A DNA stretch of 64,000 bases from Candidatus Sungiibacteriota bacterium (GCA_016206285.1 JACQRW010000007.1:16455-80454), one strand, 5' to 3'; shown: positions 1 to 10,920, numbered from the stretch's first letter. Numbers and translations: made by a program. Notes: generated by a model not told the origin, from the letters alone.

Positions 1-2
1 CC

Positions 3-1103
3 AGAGAGGATTTTTGGGCGCTCAGGGATATCAACTTCACCGTTGAACAGGGCGAGGTCATAGGTATCATCGGCAAGAACGGCGCCGGCAAGTCAACGAT
101 GCTTAAAATTCTGACCGGCATCACGCCTCCCACCACAGGCGAGGCGCGCATGCACGGCCATGTTTCTTCTCTTCTGGAAGTCGGCACCGGCTTTCATCCG
201 GAACTTACGGGCCGCGAAAATATTTTTCTCAACGGCGCGATTCTCGGCATGTCCCGCCGCGATATCGTAAAAAACTTTGATGCCATTGTCGCATTTGCCG
301 GCATTGACCAGTTTCTCGACACCCCGGTGAAATATTATTCAAGCGGCATGCATGTGCGGCTTGCATTTTCCGTAGCAGCGCATTTGAAACCCGACATCCT
401 GCTGGTTGATGAAGTGCTCGCAGTCGGCGATGCCGAATTCCAGAAAAAATGCCTGGGCAAGATGGAGGAAGTGACCAAACAAGACGGCAGAACCATTCTT
501 TTCGTGAGCCACAATATGTCTGCAATTCTTAATCTCTGCACGAAAACGATCCTCCTGGATAAGGGAAAAATCGTTGAGATCGGAGAAACGCCAAAAGTAA
601 TCGATCGCTACCTCGGCAATGCGCACATGAATGCGGCAATTGATTTTCCCCAAGACCCCTCAAAGGATATACAAATCTCCCGCATCTCAATACTGAACGA
701 AACAGGAGAACCAAGCGCGCGCATTCCCATCAGCGAGAAAAGTACGATTGAGGTTGAATTCGAGGCACGCACCTCAGTGGAAGGCGCGCTGCTCTCGCTC
801 CTCATATACGCAAACGGCGAAATGCTCCTCTGGTCATCCGAATCGGACAAAAATGCTTCGTTAACCGACTACGCCCCTGGAAAATATAAAACAACAATTG
901 CGCTGCCGGCATTTCTTCTCAACGTCGGAACTTATTTTTTTGACATACGCCTGCACAAGCCATGGGTCGTGCTGCTCGATGAAAGAGCAAACCTTCCCCT
1001 GGAAATTCTTGATGTCAACAATCCCAAATCCCAGATTATGCGGGGGCATCACCCGGGCAGACTTGCAGCAGTCCTGGATTATGCCACAACAAGAACATCA
1101 TGA
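3..1103 (+). CDS. wzt: Polysaccharide ABC transporter ATP-binding protein with C-terminal Wzt_C-like domain (5' partial)
   Basis: Frame is open from the window start (REDFWALRDINF...GIIGKNGAGKST Walker A); YSSGM signature; ILLVDEVLAVGDAEFQKKC; beta-rich C-terminal extension. Confidence 0.92.
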   Translation, partial: REDFWALRDINFTVEQGEVIGIIGKNGAGKSTMLKILTGITPPTTGEARMHGHVSSLLEVGTGFHPELTGRENIFLNGAILGMSRRDIVKNFDAIVAFAGIDQFLDTPVKYYSSGMHVRLAFSVAAHLKPDILLVDEVLAVGDAEFQKKCLGKMEEVTKQDGRTILFVSHNMSAILNLCTKTILLDKGKIVEIGETPKVIDRYLGNAHMNAAIDFPQDPSKDIQISRISILNETGEPSARIPISEKSTIEVEFEARTSVEGALLSLLIYANGEMLLWSSESDKNASLTDYAPGKYKTTIALPAFLLNVGTYFFDIRLHKPWVVLLDERANLPLEILDVNNPKSQIMRGHHPGRLAAVLDYATTRTS

Positions 1104-1828
1104 TGAACTTACGCGCATACCGAAAAAAAATTGCTGCACGCCTTCCTGAACCGCTTCTTGAAGCGTATGTCGGCATAAAGAAAAAACTGCGCCGCATACC
1201 GCCTCATGAGCGCGTGAAATTCAACCCTCGGTCTATCTTTAAAGGCCATTTGCGCGTTACCTACCGGGGAATACCCGCAATCCGCTGTCCATTCGACTAT
1301 GTGCTGTACCAAATGCTCATCTTCGACGTAAAACCCGATCTTATTATAGATATCGGAACCAATATGGGCGGAGGCACGTTATATATGGCAGACCTCCTGA
1401 ATGCCATCGGACACGGCACGATCCATACCATTGATCTTATTGCGCAAGCGGATCCGATTATCAAAAGCCACCCCCGCATTCAGACATTCATCGGCGGGTG
1501 GCAAAATTACGACCTCGCACAAGCCAACGGCTTTAAAAAAATATTGGTGATCGAGGACGGAAGCCATATGTATGAGGACTCGATCGGAGCCTTGCGGAAA
1601 TTCTCGCCATTGGTAAGCATAGGCTCGTATTACATTGTCGAAGACAGCATCGTGTCTGAACTTGCGGATAAAAAAACAGTCATGAGAAACTACCACGGCG
1701 GTCCGCTTCGCGCCATCCGGGAATTCCTTGCATCAACCGACGCATTTGAAATCGATAAGACATACTGCAATATGTTCGGCCTCAACGCAACATTTAATAT
1801 CAACGGATATCTCAAAAAGCTAAAATAG
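1100..1828 (+). CDS. CmcI/cephalosporin-hydroxylase-family (sugar O-)methyltransferase
   Basis: YRGIPAIRCPFD..YQMLI..KPDLIIDIGTNMGG, IEDGSHMYE, YYIVED, GGPLRAIREFL, NGYLK. Confidence 0.85.
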   Translation: MMNLRAYRKKIAARLPEPLLEAYVGIKKKLRRIPPHERVKFNPRSIFKGHLRVTYRGIPAIRCPFDYVLYQMLIFDVKPDLIIDIGTNMGGGTLYMADLLNAIGHGTIHTIDLIAQADPIIKSHPRIQTFIGGWQNYDLAQANGFKKILVIEDGSHMYEDSIGALRKFSPLVSIGSYYIVEDSIVSELADKKTVMRNYHGGPLRAIREFLASTDAFEIDKTYCNMFGLNATFNINGYLKKLK

Positions 1829-1832
1829 CCGC

Positions 1833-2831
1833 ATGAAAATCCTTCTTACCGGCGGCGCCGGATTTATCGGCCACCATTTTGTCGAGCATGTGCTCAAGAA
1901 TACCGATTGGGATATTTTTATTCTTGACCGCCTGAACTATGCATCCAACGGCCTTGAGCGGTTGCGGGATATACGCGTGTTCGATGAAAAGCGGGTATTC
2001 GTATTTACCGCCGACTTTACCAAACCGATCGAGGAGGGTTTGCAGCAAGAAATCGGGCAGGTTGATTACCTTATCCATATGGGTGCAGAAACCCATGTGG
2101 ATAATTCGATTTCAGACCCCCGGAAATTCGTGTACGCAAACGTGGTCGGTACGCTTGAAGTTCTCGAGTTTGCCCGCCGCCAGAAAAATTTGAAAAAATT
2201 CATCTATTTTTCAACCGACGAAGTATTCGGACCCGCCCCTGAAGGCGTTGCATACAAAGAGTGGGACAGATACAATTCGGGCAATCCGTATGCCGCCACT
2301 AAAGCCGGCGGCGAAGAGCTGTGCCTCTCGTATGCAAACACCTATAACCTTCCCGTCATCATAACGCACACCATGAACGTGTTCGGCGAACGGCAGCACC
2401 CGGAAAAATTCATTCCCAAAGTCGTCAACCAAGTTCTCGCCGGAAAGACGGTCACTATTCATGCCAACAAAGAAAAAACCAAAGCAGGATCGAGGTTTTG
2501 GATTCACGCGCGCAATGTGGCCGGTGCGCTCCTGTTTTTACTCAGTCACGAAACAAAAAATGGCGACAAATACAATATAGTCGGCGAAAAAGAGGTTGAC
2601 AATCTTGCATTGGCCCAACTGATAGCCGCTGTCTTGAACAAAGAACTGAAATATGAAATGACGGATTTTCACTCATCCCGCCCCGGACATGACCTGCGCT
2701 ATGCTCTTGACGGAAAAAAGATGCGCGATATGGGCTGGACAATACCGCGGTCATTCGAATCGTCTCTTGAAAGCACAATCAGGTGGATGATCCATCCGGA
2801 CAATGCGCGGTGGCTCCGCATGGAAATATAA
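1833..2831 (+). CDS. rfbB: dTDP-glucose 4,6-dehydratase-type extended SDR
   Basis: TGGAGFIG, AETHVDNSI, STDEVFG, PYAATK, QHPEKFIP, RPGHDLRYALD. Confidence 0.88.
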   Translation: MKILLTGGAGFIGHHFVEHVLKNTDWDIFILDRLNYASNGLERLRDIRVFDEKRVFVFTADFTKPIEEGLQQEIGQVDYLIHMGAETHVDNSISDPRKFVYANVVGTLEVLEFARRQKNLKKFIYFSTDEVFGPAPEGVAYKEWDRYNSGNPYAATKAGGEELCLSYANTYNLPVIITHTMNVFGERQHPEKFIPKVVNQVLAGKTVTIHANKEKTKAGSRFWIHARNVAGALLFLLSHETKNGDKYNIVGEKEVDNLALAQLIAAVLNKELKYEMTDFHSSRPGHDLRYALDGKKMRDMGWTIPRSFESSLESTIRWMIHPDNARWLRMEI

Positions 2832-2832
2832 T

Positions 2833-3753
2833 ATGGCAAAAGTATTTATCGGCATGCCCGCATACAATGGCGAGCGCTTTATCAGGGAGGCGATCGAATC
2901 CATCATCAACCAGAGCTATGCGGACTGGATCTTGTTTATTTCAGACGATGCCTCGACAGACAACACGCCTACCATCTGCAAGGAGTACGCGAAAAAAGAC
3001 AGCCGCATTGTCTATTATCGCCAGGAGAAAAATCTCGGCATATTTCCGAGTTTCAAATTCCTTCTTGACCGCGCCGAGAGTGAATATTTCATGTGGGCGG
3101 CCCATGACGATATCAGGGAAAAAGATTATTTGAAAGTATGCGTAGAGCACATGGAACAAAACACAAAACTTGGTCTTGCGACCACGCGCATGGCGGCGAT
3201 TGATTCGTTCGGCAGAACTCTGGTAGAGGAATTAGCGCTCACCCGCTTGTCCGGCAAACCGGGTTATCTCAATGTTGCACGGTATGTGCTTCAACCCGAG
3301 ATTCTCGGCAAATGCAACTTGATGTACGGCCTTTTCCGGCTTGATGCCGCCCGCGCCACATGGCAGGCCTATCCCCAAAGGCATGTCTGGGGCCAGGATT
3401 ACATGTTCTCGCTCGCATTGATAAGCCGCTATGAAATTTACGTTGACCCGCAAATTCTATTTAAAAAACGCCTGGGCGGAATTTCAAGCCCCCGGGCGCT
3501 TCTTGATGACAAAAAGGACAGCGTGCAGAAACTTGAATTCAAACAGCCAAAAAACCACATGTTTCCATTCGGAAGATTTAAGGGTTATTTTATGGGACAT
3601 ATGGAGGCATTGGCCGGAACCCCCTATCGCCCGCTCGCGGCAGTACTTTTGTTTATACGGCTGCCGCGAGCTTTTATTATCCATGTAAAGGAACGAAGCT
3701 TCAAAAAAGCCTTTAAACGCATCTTCGCTAAAATACTACTACTATGGCAATAA
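2833..3753 (+). CDS. Glycosyltransferase family 2
   Basis: IGMPAYNGERFI, SDDASTD, WAAHDD; start moved to the ATG just after the rfbB stop. Confidence 0.88.
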   Translation: MAKVFIGMPAYNGERFIREAIESIINQSYADWILFISDDASTDNTPTICKEYAKKDSRIVYYRQEKNLGIFPSFKFLLDRAESEYFMWAAHDDIREKDYLKVCVEHMEQNTKLGLATTRMAAIDSFGRTLVEELALTRLSGKPGYLNVARYVLQPEILGKCNLMYGLFRLDAARATWQAYPQRHVWGQDYMFSLALISRYEIYVDPQILFKKRLGGISSPRALLDDKKDSVQKLEFKQPKNHMFPFGRFKGYFMGHMEALAGTPYRPLAAVLLFIRLPRAFIIHVKERSFKKAFKRIFAKILLLWQ

Positions 3754-4637
3754 TCGTAAAAACAGTCGGCGGATTGGGCAATCAGCTCTTCCAATATGCC
3801 CTTGGTAAGGCGGTTTCTTCGCGGCTCAATACGGAACTGCTGCTTGATATCGACACAAGTGTGATCTGGCAAGGAGTGCGGGTCCATGAATTTTCACTTG
3901 GCAATTTCAATATACCCGTACGAAAAGCGCGCGGGACAGATATGTTCGGTTTCGTAGCCTTGCGCAGGCACAAAAAATTTTTTAATTTTCTGTACCGCCA
4001 TCTGAGATTGAAAAGAAAACTCCTCCCCTTCTACTATCCGGAGCGGACATTTGCGTATGACCCGGATGTATTTTTGCAAAAAAATAATACATACTTTGAC
4101 GGTTTCTGGCAGACGGAAAAATATTTCCATGGCATCGAGAGCGAATTGCGAAAACAAATCACGCTCGCCAAACCGTTTTCGGAATACAGTCAAACAATAA
4201 GCAACGAGATCAAAAAAACCAACGCAGTGTCGCTGCACGTGCGGCGCACCGATTATGTAACGGATCCCAAGTCAAGCGTTTTTCACGGCATATGTTCTAT
4301 GCAGTATTATCAAAAGGCCATCGAATATATCGCGCAGCGGGTCGACTCGCCTCATTTCTTCATTTTTTCAGACGACTACGAGTGGTCGGTCGAGAATTTC
4401 AAATTTTTACAGTTTCCCTATACCTGCATCAGCAACGGCGCCGATAAAAACTATGAGGATATGACGCTGATGTCCCAATGCCAATACCATATCATTGCCA
4501 ACAGCAGTTTCAGCTGGTGGGGCGCGTGGCTGGATCCGCGCAAAGATAAGATAGTCATCGCCCCGAAACAATGGTTTGCCAACGCCCCAAAAAACGATAC
4601 CAAAGACCTACTCCCAGATACATGGATAAAATTATAA
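3744..4637 (+). CDS. Alpha-1,2-fucosyltransferase-like (GT11)
   Basis: GGLGNQLFQYA, GFWQTEKYF, SLHVRRTDY, HIIANSSFSWWGAWL. Confidence 0.92.
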   Translation: MAIIVKTVGGLGNQLFQYALGKAVSSRLNTELLLDIDTSVIWQGVRVHEFSLGNFNIPVRKARGTDMFGFVALRRHKKFFNFLYRHLRLKRKLLPFYYPERTFAYDPDVFLQKNNTYFDGFWQTEKYFHGIESELRKQITLAKPFSEYSQTISNEIKKTNAVSLHVRRTDYVTDPKSSVFHGICSMQYYQKAIEYIAQRVDSPHFFIFSDDYEWSVENFKFLQFPYTCISNGADKNYEDMTLMSQCQYHIIANSSFSWWGAWLDPRKDKIVIAPKQWFANAPKNDTKDLLPDTWIKL

Positions 4638-4667
4638 ATGCCCGCATAACCGAAGCTATGCAGGCAT
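4638..4667. repeat. REP-like hairpin / possible terminator between convergent genes
   Basis: atgcc-c-gcata accgaagc tatgc-a-ggcat. Confidence 0.5.
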
Positions 4668-4676
4668 ACGTGATAC

Positions 4677-5069
4677 TTAAAAATGAAGAGGCGCTGTTAT
4701 GCGTTGAAAAACAAACCATGCATCCGTGCTGAATGCACCGTCAAAATCAGGTAAAATGACTGTGCGCTCCGAAAGTTTCCAAGAGACCCCATAAGCCTTT
4801 CGTGCCTCGGGATCAAGACTAACTATAGCCATGAAATCCATGCCAAGATCACGATAAAGTTCAGGGGCGCACTCGCCTATTTCAAAACAGGCGACAGGCC
4901 CAATGGGACGAAGCTGGTGTTCCCGGCTCCATGCGAGCACAGACGCACTGCCGCTATAACGGTCAGGAAAATTCAGAAAAATAAATTCCCGCGGCATCCC
5001 GTTCATTGGTATTGTCAAAATGCGAATTCTTCCTTCAGCCGGTGCAATGATTGGATTTTGTATGTTCAT
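4677..5069 (-). CDS. Hypothetical protein
   Basis: 130-aa ORF preceded by GGAG, directly downstream of the 5072-5851 gene. Confidence 0.65.
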   Translation of the reverse strand: MNIQNPIIAPAEGRIRILTIPMNGMPREFIFLNFPDRYSGSASVLAWSREHQLRPIGPVACFEIGECAPELYRDLGMDFMAIVSLDPEARKAYGVSWKLSERTVILPDFDGAFSTDAWFVFQRITAPLHF

Positions 5070-5071
5070 GA

Positions 5072-5851
5072 CTATCTCCTTTCCGAATTGAGCGCGCCAA
5101 GTTTCCGAAACGCATCACAAAGGGCATCACGCTGCCAGATACGCTTCTGCATCATCTCCTCACTCAACGTGCTTTCCTCTTCGACGCGCTGCATCGGGGG
5201 ATACTGGAAATCCAGTTCCGGCGAAGCAATAACGCGCAGCCCGTCTCGATGTGCCAGGATGGGCGCATAGCCCTGAATATAGGTGTCCTCGACTCCGTAG
5301 TCAGCAGGATTCATGAGAACAAGATACTTCCCGACTGCCTGTATCGAAAATGCAACAGGACCGACCATGACATCGGGCACATTAAGACCCGTGGCCTCCA
5401 TATACACTTTGTTAGCATATGCTTCTGTTTCTTGTTGAAACACCGGATAAGTCTCGCGAGAAGCGGCGCTACGTGTTGCGATAACTACATCTGCTTCGCC
5501 TGAAATAATCGGGGCAGTGATGACTTTAATAAAACGAAGCATGCCGTGCTTTTCCGGCTCCAGCCACTGCACAACCCTACAGTCAGAGTGAGTCTTGCAG
5601 TATTCGAGCGCATAAAAATATGCTTCCCGACGACTCGGACCAATGCCTTTGGTCTGCTGCCGATACACTATCGCTCCATAAGCAGTAAGCTCTTCAGCGA
5701 TCATGGAAACAGGAGAACCGTCCACAATAATTAGCGGATAGCCATGAAGTTGCGCACGCATAGTCATCTCTAAAGCAAGACTGAATCGTGTCTCGTCAAG
5801 GGAACGATAAAAAGTCGTTGTTACCAGAACCACCTGATTTTGAGTTTTCAA
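5072..5851 (-). CDS. Hypothetical GT-A-fold-like protein
   Basis: AGGAGG precedes a TTG start; LIIVDGSP, GIGPSRRE and WLEPEK resemble divergent GT-A motifs. Confidence 0.6.
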   Translation of the reverse strand: MKTQNQVVLVTTTFYRSLDETRFSLALEMTMRAQLHGYPLIIVDGSPVSMIAEELTAYGAIVYRQQTKGIGPSRREAYFYALEYCKTHSDCRVVQWLEPEKHGMLRFIKVITAPIISGEADVVIATRSAASRETYPVFQQETEAYANKVYMEATGLNVPDVMVGPVAFSIQAVGKYLVLMNPADYGVEDTYIQGYAPILAHRDGLRVIASPELDFQYPPMQRVEEESTLSEEMMQKRIWQRDALCDAFRKLGALNSERR

Positions 5852-6011
5852 GGTACACCTCCTTTTTTTCAAAAAGTTCTTGTATAATCAGTAGCACGCA
5901 AAGAGCAGATGGTCAAGTTACGTGCGGGGCAAGAAAGTATATACTTTACATAATGACAATTCATCATTGCGCAACCAAAGGCATGTCAGAAGCGTTTTAA
6001 AAAGAAATCAT

Positions 6012-7790
6012 ATGTGCGGCATTATTGCTTTAACCGGAAACAAGATACGCGAGATATCGCCTTCGCACATTGATGCGATGCTGGACTTGCTTTCCCACCG
6101 CGGGCCCGATGACCGCGGGCTTTTACCATTTTCCTCGTGCATACTGGGACAGACGCGGCTTTCGATCATTGATCTGTCCGGCGGGCATCAGCCCATGAAA
6201 GATAATCAAAAAAATATTGCGGTTACATTCAATGGGGAAATTTACAACTACCGCGAACTCAAAACCGACCTTGAACAAAAGGGGCATGTTTTCTCAACCA
6301 AGTCAGACACTGAAGTGATCCTGAAAGCATATATTCAATACGGCATTGACTGTCCAAAATATCTTGAAGGCATGTTTGCATTTGCACTCTGGGACGAAGA
6401 AAAAAAGATGCTTTTCGGCGCACGGGATCGTTTTGGTGAAAAACCCTTGTACTATGCAAAAACAAAATCAGGAGACTTTATATTCGCATCCGAGATAAAA
6501 GCGCTGCTCGCCTCGGGCACCATTGAGCCGGTTATCAATAAAGAAGCCCTAGACATCTATTTGAGCCTGGCATATGTACCGCCGCACATGACCGTCTATG
6601 AAAATATTTCCGTAGTGCCGCCGGCTTCATGTTTCGTGCTTAAAAACAGCGAGATCAAGATAGAAACATACTGGGAACTCACAAAAAAAGAGGTGTCCGT
6701 TACCTACGCGGACGCCAAAGAGGAAGTAAGAAGGATGCTCGAACAGTCAGTCAAAAAAATGATGGTCGCGGATGTGGAAGTGGGCGCGCTGCTGTCCGGC
6801 GGGGTGGACTCCACATTGGTCACCTGCTTTAGCCAGCAAACATCAAGTTTTCCGATTAAAACTTTTTCAGTCGGGTACGAACACTATATAAATGAACTGC
6901 CGTTTGCCGAACAGGTGTCGAAGAAATTCCACACCGACCACCATACGCTCCAGGCAACCGGAGAGATGGCGGAAAGTTTGCGTATGGTTTGCGGGTCGCT
7001 GGACGAACCTCACGGGGATCCCTCCAATTTTCCCCAATATCTCGTTTCTCAATTCGCCGCCTCAAAAGTAAAAGTGGCTCTTACCGGCGACGGCGCAGAC
7101 GAATTATTCATGGGATACGGCTGGTACTGGAAACACCTCAATCTCTCATGGAAAGCTGATTTTTGGGAAAAGGCATTTCCGCGGCCGTTCAAAAACTTTA
7201 TCCGAAGTATCGAAATCTTCACCGCAACCCAAAAGCGCGGACTGCTCGCCCACTCCCCCCTTCGCGCCGCTGACTTTATTCCGGAACATATTCTGCATGC
7301 GGCCGGAGACGATATCGAAAAAATAAATCTTTTCGATCTCTCTTTTTATCTGCCCGGCAAGCTTTTGTCAAAAGTAGACCGCACCGCCATGATGAGTTCG
7401 CTGGAAACCAGATGTCCGTTTCTTGACCGCGAACTTGCCGAGTTTGTCTATAACCTGCCGCGAAATTTCAAGACGGACAAAAACAGCGGAAAGATCATCC
7501 TAAAAGACATCTTGTCCGATATCATGCCGCGCGATTTCGTATACCGCAAAAAACAGGGATTCGGAGCGCCGGTCAAAGTCTGGCTTGAAATCGAGACCAT
7601 GAGAAAGCTCGTTGCCGAAACCTTTGACAACAATGCGCCATTCTATGAATACATAGATAAAGAAGAGGTGCAGAAACTGCTTAAAAATTTTTACAGCAAA
7701 ACAGACGAGACGGTATATTATAAGATATGGACACTGCTTTGTCTCGGCCTTTGGTTTCAAACTCATCCTTCGACTAGCTCAGGATTGTAA
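6012..7790 (+). CDS. asnB: Asparagine synthase-type glutamine amidotransferase (probably glycan-modifying)
   Basis: N-terminal MCGII (Ntn Cys), HRGPD, RLSIIDL, FNGEIYNY, SGGVDS, GDGADELF, KKQGFGAP. Confidence 0.93.
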   Translation: MCGIIALTGNKIREISPSHIDAMLDLLSHRGPDDRGLLPFSSCILGQTRLSIIDLSGGHQPMKDNQKNIAVTFNGEIYNYRELKTDLEQKGHVFSTKSDTEVILKAYIQYGIDCPKYLEGMFAFALWDEEKKMLFGARDRFGEKPLYYAKTKSGDFIFASEIKALLASGTIEPVINKEALDIYLSLAYVPPHMTVYENISVVPPASCFVLKNSEIKIETYWELTKKEVSVTYADAKEEVRRMLEQSVKKMMVADVEVGALLSGGVDSTLVTCFSQQTSSFPIKTFSVGYEHYINELPFAEQVSKKFHTDHHTLQATGEMAESLRMVCGSLDEPHGDPSNFPQYLVSQFAASKVKVALTGDGADELFMGYGWYWKHLNLSWKADFWEKAFPRPFKNFIRSIEIFTATQKRGLLAHSPLRAADFIPEHILHAAGDDIEKINLFDLSFYLPGKLLSKVDRTAMMSSLETRCPFLDRELAEFVYNLPRNFKTDKNSGKIILKDILSDIMPRDFVYRKKQGFGAPVKVWLEIETMRKLVAETFDNNAPFYEYIDKEEVQKLLKNFYSKTDETVYYKIWTLLCLGLWFQTHPSTSSGL

Positions 7791-7793
7791 ATC

Positions 7794-8969
7794 ATGTATA
7801 ATCCATCTGAAATCTTTTGGGCATATCGGAACAAAATCACCAACAAACTGTGGGGCATGGTGCATATGCCCGCCCGCAGCACCATTCGACACGCTCATGG
7901 CAGGCAGAAAGGAATTATTCTCATCTCCTATATCACCGAGCCGTTCACGCTGGCGCCGTGGGAAAAGTTTTCCAATTTTCACACCATGTATTGGGAATGC
8001 CGCGAGATCGCGCGCCTGTTCGCGGAAAAAGGATATGCGTCTGACATTGTGAGCGCGGAAAATCTCTCCTTTGTCCCGACCAAACCCTATGCATTTTGCA
8101 TTGATGTGGAAGACGGCCTGCTGCGCCTTTCAAAACATCTTCCCGCCAACTGCAAAAAAATATTCCGTATTCTCAATCCCCATTGGAAAGCGTACAACGA
8201 TGCAGAACAGTTGCGGCTTGACTGGCTTGAAAAACGGCGGGGAGTACGCTTGCTGCCGCACCGCACAAGGCGACCTTCGCAAAATGCCGAGCTTGCGGAC
8301 TTTCTTGAAGGCTTTGGAAACAAAGCCGTATTCGGCACGTTTCGCCAATTCAACAAACCGATATTTTTCGTGCCGATTTCCGCAGTCATCCATTTTGACT
8401 TTCCGGAGAAGAAAGATTTTGCCGCCGCAGCCGAACACTTTATGTGGATAGGCGGAGGAGGGGCAGTACTGAAAGGCCTTGATCTTTGTTTGGAAGCATT
8501 TGCGAAAACGCCCGATCTGCATCTGCACGTATGCGGGCCGATCTACGGTGAGAAAGATTTTACTGACGAGTATAAAAAAGAACTGGAGCAGACCCCGAAT
8601 ATCCATGTGTACGGCAGAATAGACGTAGGCGGCGAACAATTTGCCAAACTTATCGAAACCTGCGGTGCCGTAATCTATCCATCCGGCGGAGAAGGCACCT
8701 CCGGCGCGATTGTGCAGGCCATGCATGCGGGCTTGGTGCCGATCATCACGCACATTACCGGCATACAGGAAGACGCCGGATACATTCAACTGGATGATAA
8801 CCCGACACCAGAGTCCATGGTGCAGGCCGCGCGCGATTTTTCCAACATGCCGCCTGACGAGATCCGTGATCTCTCCAAAAAAATCTGGGGGTACGCGCGC
8901 AAAACGTATACCCGCGAAGAATTCAGCAAGGCGTACAGGCGTTTCATCGAAGACGTGCTAAAATTATAA
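7794..8969 (+). CDS. Glycosyltransferase family 4
   Basis: KGLDLCLEAF, PSGGEGTSGAIVQAMHAGLVPI. Confidence 0.85.
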   Translation: MYNPSEIFWAYRNKITNKLWGMVHMPARSTIRHAHGRQKGIILISYITEPFTLAPWEKFSNFHTMYWECREIARLFAEKGYASDIVSAENLSFVPTKPYAFCIDVEDGLLRLSKHLPANCKKIFRILNPHWKAYNDAEQLRLDWLEKRRGVRLLPHRTRRPSQNAELADFLEGFGNKAVFGTFRQFNKPIFFVPISAVIHFDFPEKKDFAAAAEHFMWIGGGGAVLKGLDLCLEAFAKTPDLHLHVCGPIYGEKDFTDEYKKELEQTPNIHVYGRIDVGGEQFAKLIETCGAVIYPSGGEGTSGAIVQAMHAGLVPIITHITGIQEDAGYIQLDDNPTPESMVQAARDFSNMPPDEIRDLSKKIWGYARKTYTREEFSKAYRRFIEDVLKL

Positions 8970-9006
8970 GTATACAAATTCTCACGATCGTGAGAATTTG
9001 TATACT
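8969..9006. repeat. Perfect 38-bp palindrome centred on CGATCG
   Basis: agtatacaaattctcacga|tcgtgagaatttgtatact; related copy at 29595-29632. Confidence 0.9.
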
Positions 9007-9014
9007 AACGATAC

Positions 9015-9884
9015 ATGAATAGTCAGAAACAGCTCATCAGCGTTATCATACCGGTCTACAATTGCGAAAAGACGATTGCAATCGCGATTGATTCCATAAT
9101 CAACCAGACATACAAAAATCTGGAGATTATTGTCGTAAATGACGCGAGTACCGATACTACCAAAAGCATTGTGCAAACGATCGCGCAAAAAGATTCCCGC
9201 ATCAAGCTCGTAGATGCCGAAGACGACCCGGATCGCTTTGACGCGAAACTCAACCGCAACGTGAATGCTGGCTGGTCAGCCCGCAATACCGGTTTTCAAC
9301 ATGCACATGGAGAGCTTATCACCTTTCAGGATGCGGACGATGCTTCGCTCCTCAACCGCATTGAAATCCAGTATGATCTGCTGGCAAAATACGGCGCAAC
9401 GCACGTGTGTATTGACTGGATACAGTTTGACGAAAAATATCTTGGCACAAAAATCGACCCGTCCACATACCTTGATGATACCCGGATCATAAAGCCGCAG
9501 GAGATCTACGCCATGTCCCAACGCTCCAAAGGTCTCATCGCCAAAATCTTCCCGTCGCTGAACCGCGCAATACCCTTTCACCTGAAAAGAAAAAGAGTCA
9601 TCAATAAACTATTCTTCGGCTCGCTCGAAAACTACCCGGGCCAGGGCAACTGTCCTCTGTTCAGGCGCGAAGTCCTCGAAAAAGTCCGATTCCGAAAACT
9701 TGCGGACCGCGTCTGGCCGTCATTTATGGGCCGCGGTGCGGACAAAGACTTTAATTTCCAGGTCGCCGAAACATTCCATAACAACTACATATTTTTCATC
9801 CCCCTCTACCTGTGGCGCGTGAAAGACCAAAACCAGCGGTACCCGAACGGCATTGACAATATGGCTATTATGCCCGACAAATAG
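9015..9884 (+). CDS. Glycosyltransferase family 2
   Basis: ISVIIPVYN, VNDASTD, ARNTG, FQDADD. Confidence 0.9.
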   Translation: MNSQKQLISVIIPVYNCEKTIAIAIDSIINQTYKNLEIIVVNDASTDTTKSIVQTIAQKDSRIKLVDAEDDPDRFDAKLNRNVNAGWSARNTGFQHAHGELITFQDADDASLLNRIEIQYDLLAKYGATHVCIDWIQFDEKYLGTKIDPSTYLDDTRIIKPQEIYAMSQRSKGLIAKIFPSLNRAIPFHLKRKRVINKLFFGSLENYPGQGNCPLFRREVLEKVRFRKLADRVWPSFMGRGADKDFNFQVAETFHNNYIFFIPLYLWRVKDQNQRYPNGIDNMAIMPDK

Positions 9885-9928
9885 AAGCAGATATTTAACA
9901 TCAACTGACTCATACAAGGAGAAAAAAG

Positions 9929-10909
9929 ATGCAGACAAAAACACTTGGGAGAACCGGAATCAAGGTCTCTATTATCGGGCTGGGCGGGGCAAATCTTGGC
10001 TTGCCTACGAGCAAGGCTCCATACTACCAGCATGTTGATAATCCGGAACACAATGCATACATGGTTGAATCCCTTGGCATTGCAACCGTTCATGCAGCGC
10101 TTAGAAGAGGGGTCACGCTGATTGATACGGCGCCGAAATATGGATACGGTATGAGCGAACAGATTATTGGAAAAGCTCTCCGGATGCGCCCCAATCTTGC
10201 AAGAAACTGCATGGTTACCACTAAAGTTGGGCTGGTGTATGCGGGAGACGGTTTTGACTACTCGCATGAGACCACTATGGAATGTATGTTCAGCAGTTCC
10301 GTGCGTCTTGGAATGGAACGCTTCTCGATCGTCTACCTTCACGACCCGATGGATTTTCCTATGGATTTCGTGATGAGCGAGAGTGGAGCCATGGGAGCTT
10401 TGCGTGAACTTCAGCGACGCGGGATTGTCCGTTATATTGGCATCGCGGCGGATGAACCGGAGACCGCCGCCGATTATATCGAGACCGGAGAGTTTGATGT
10501 TGCAACCGTTTCCGGCGCATGGAGCTTGATCAACCAAAAGGCGGCTGAACGTATTTTACCGGCCGCCAGAAAGCATAATGTCGGTATTGTGGCAACTACA
10601 GTGATAGAACGGGGTCTGCTCGCAACAGGCAAGCCGATCCCCGGGGTTCGCTATATCCAGCGGGATTTCTCGCCGGAACTTCTGGCGCATGTCGAAACAA
10701 TCGATGCGCTCTGTCACGAATTCGACATTCCGTTACTGGCCGCGGCATTGCAATGGGCAACCCGAGATCCGCAGATCGCAACCGCCATACCAGGCGCACG
10801 CACTCCGGAAGAGGCCCGCGAAAATGCCCTCGCCGGTATGATGTACATTCCCGAAAGTTTCTGGAAAGTGCTGGAATCCCTCATCCGCCATTTTGACACC
10901 CGCGTATAG
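9929..10909 (+). CDS. Aldo/keto reductase
   Basis: LGRTGIKVSIIGLGG, IDTAPKYG.G.SE, TTKVG, YLHDP, IPGARTPEE; AAGGAG RBS. Confidence 0.9.
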   Translation: MQTKTLGRTGIKVSIIGLGGANLGLPTSKAPYYQHVDNPEHNAYMVESLGIATVHAALRRGVTLIDTAPKYGYGMSEQIIGKALRMRPNLARNCMVTTKVGLVYAGDGFDYSHETTMECMFSSSVRLGMERFSIVYLHDPMDFPMDFVMSESGAMGALRELQRRGIVRYIGIAADEPETAADYIETGEFDVATVSGAWSLINQKAAERILPAARKHNVGIVATTVIERGLLATGKPIPGVRYIQRDFSPELLAHVETIDALCHEFDIPLLAAALQWATRDPQIATAIPGARTPEEARENALAGMMYIPESFWKVLESLIRHFDTRV

Positions 10910-10920
10910 TTATATCTACG

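Noticed and set aside
8969-9006. Integron attC site
   Set aside because: No RYYYAAC...GTTRRRY ends or extrahelical bases, too short, and no integrase in the window.
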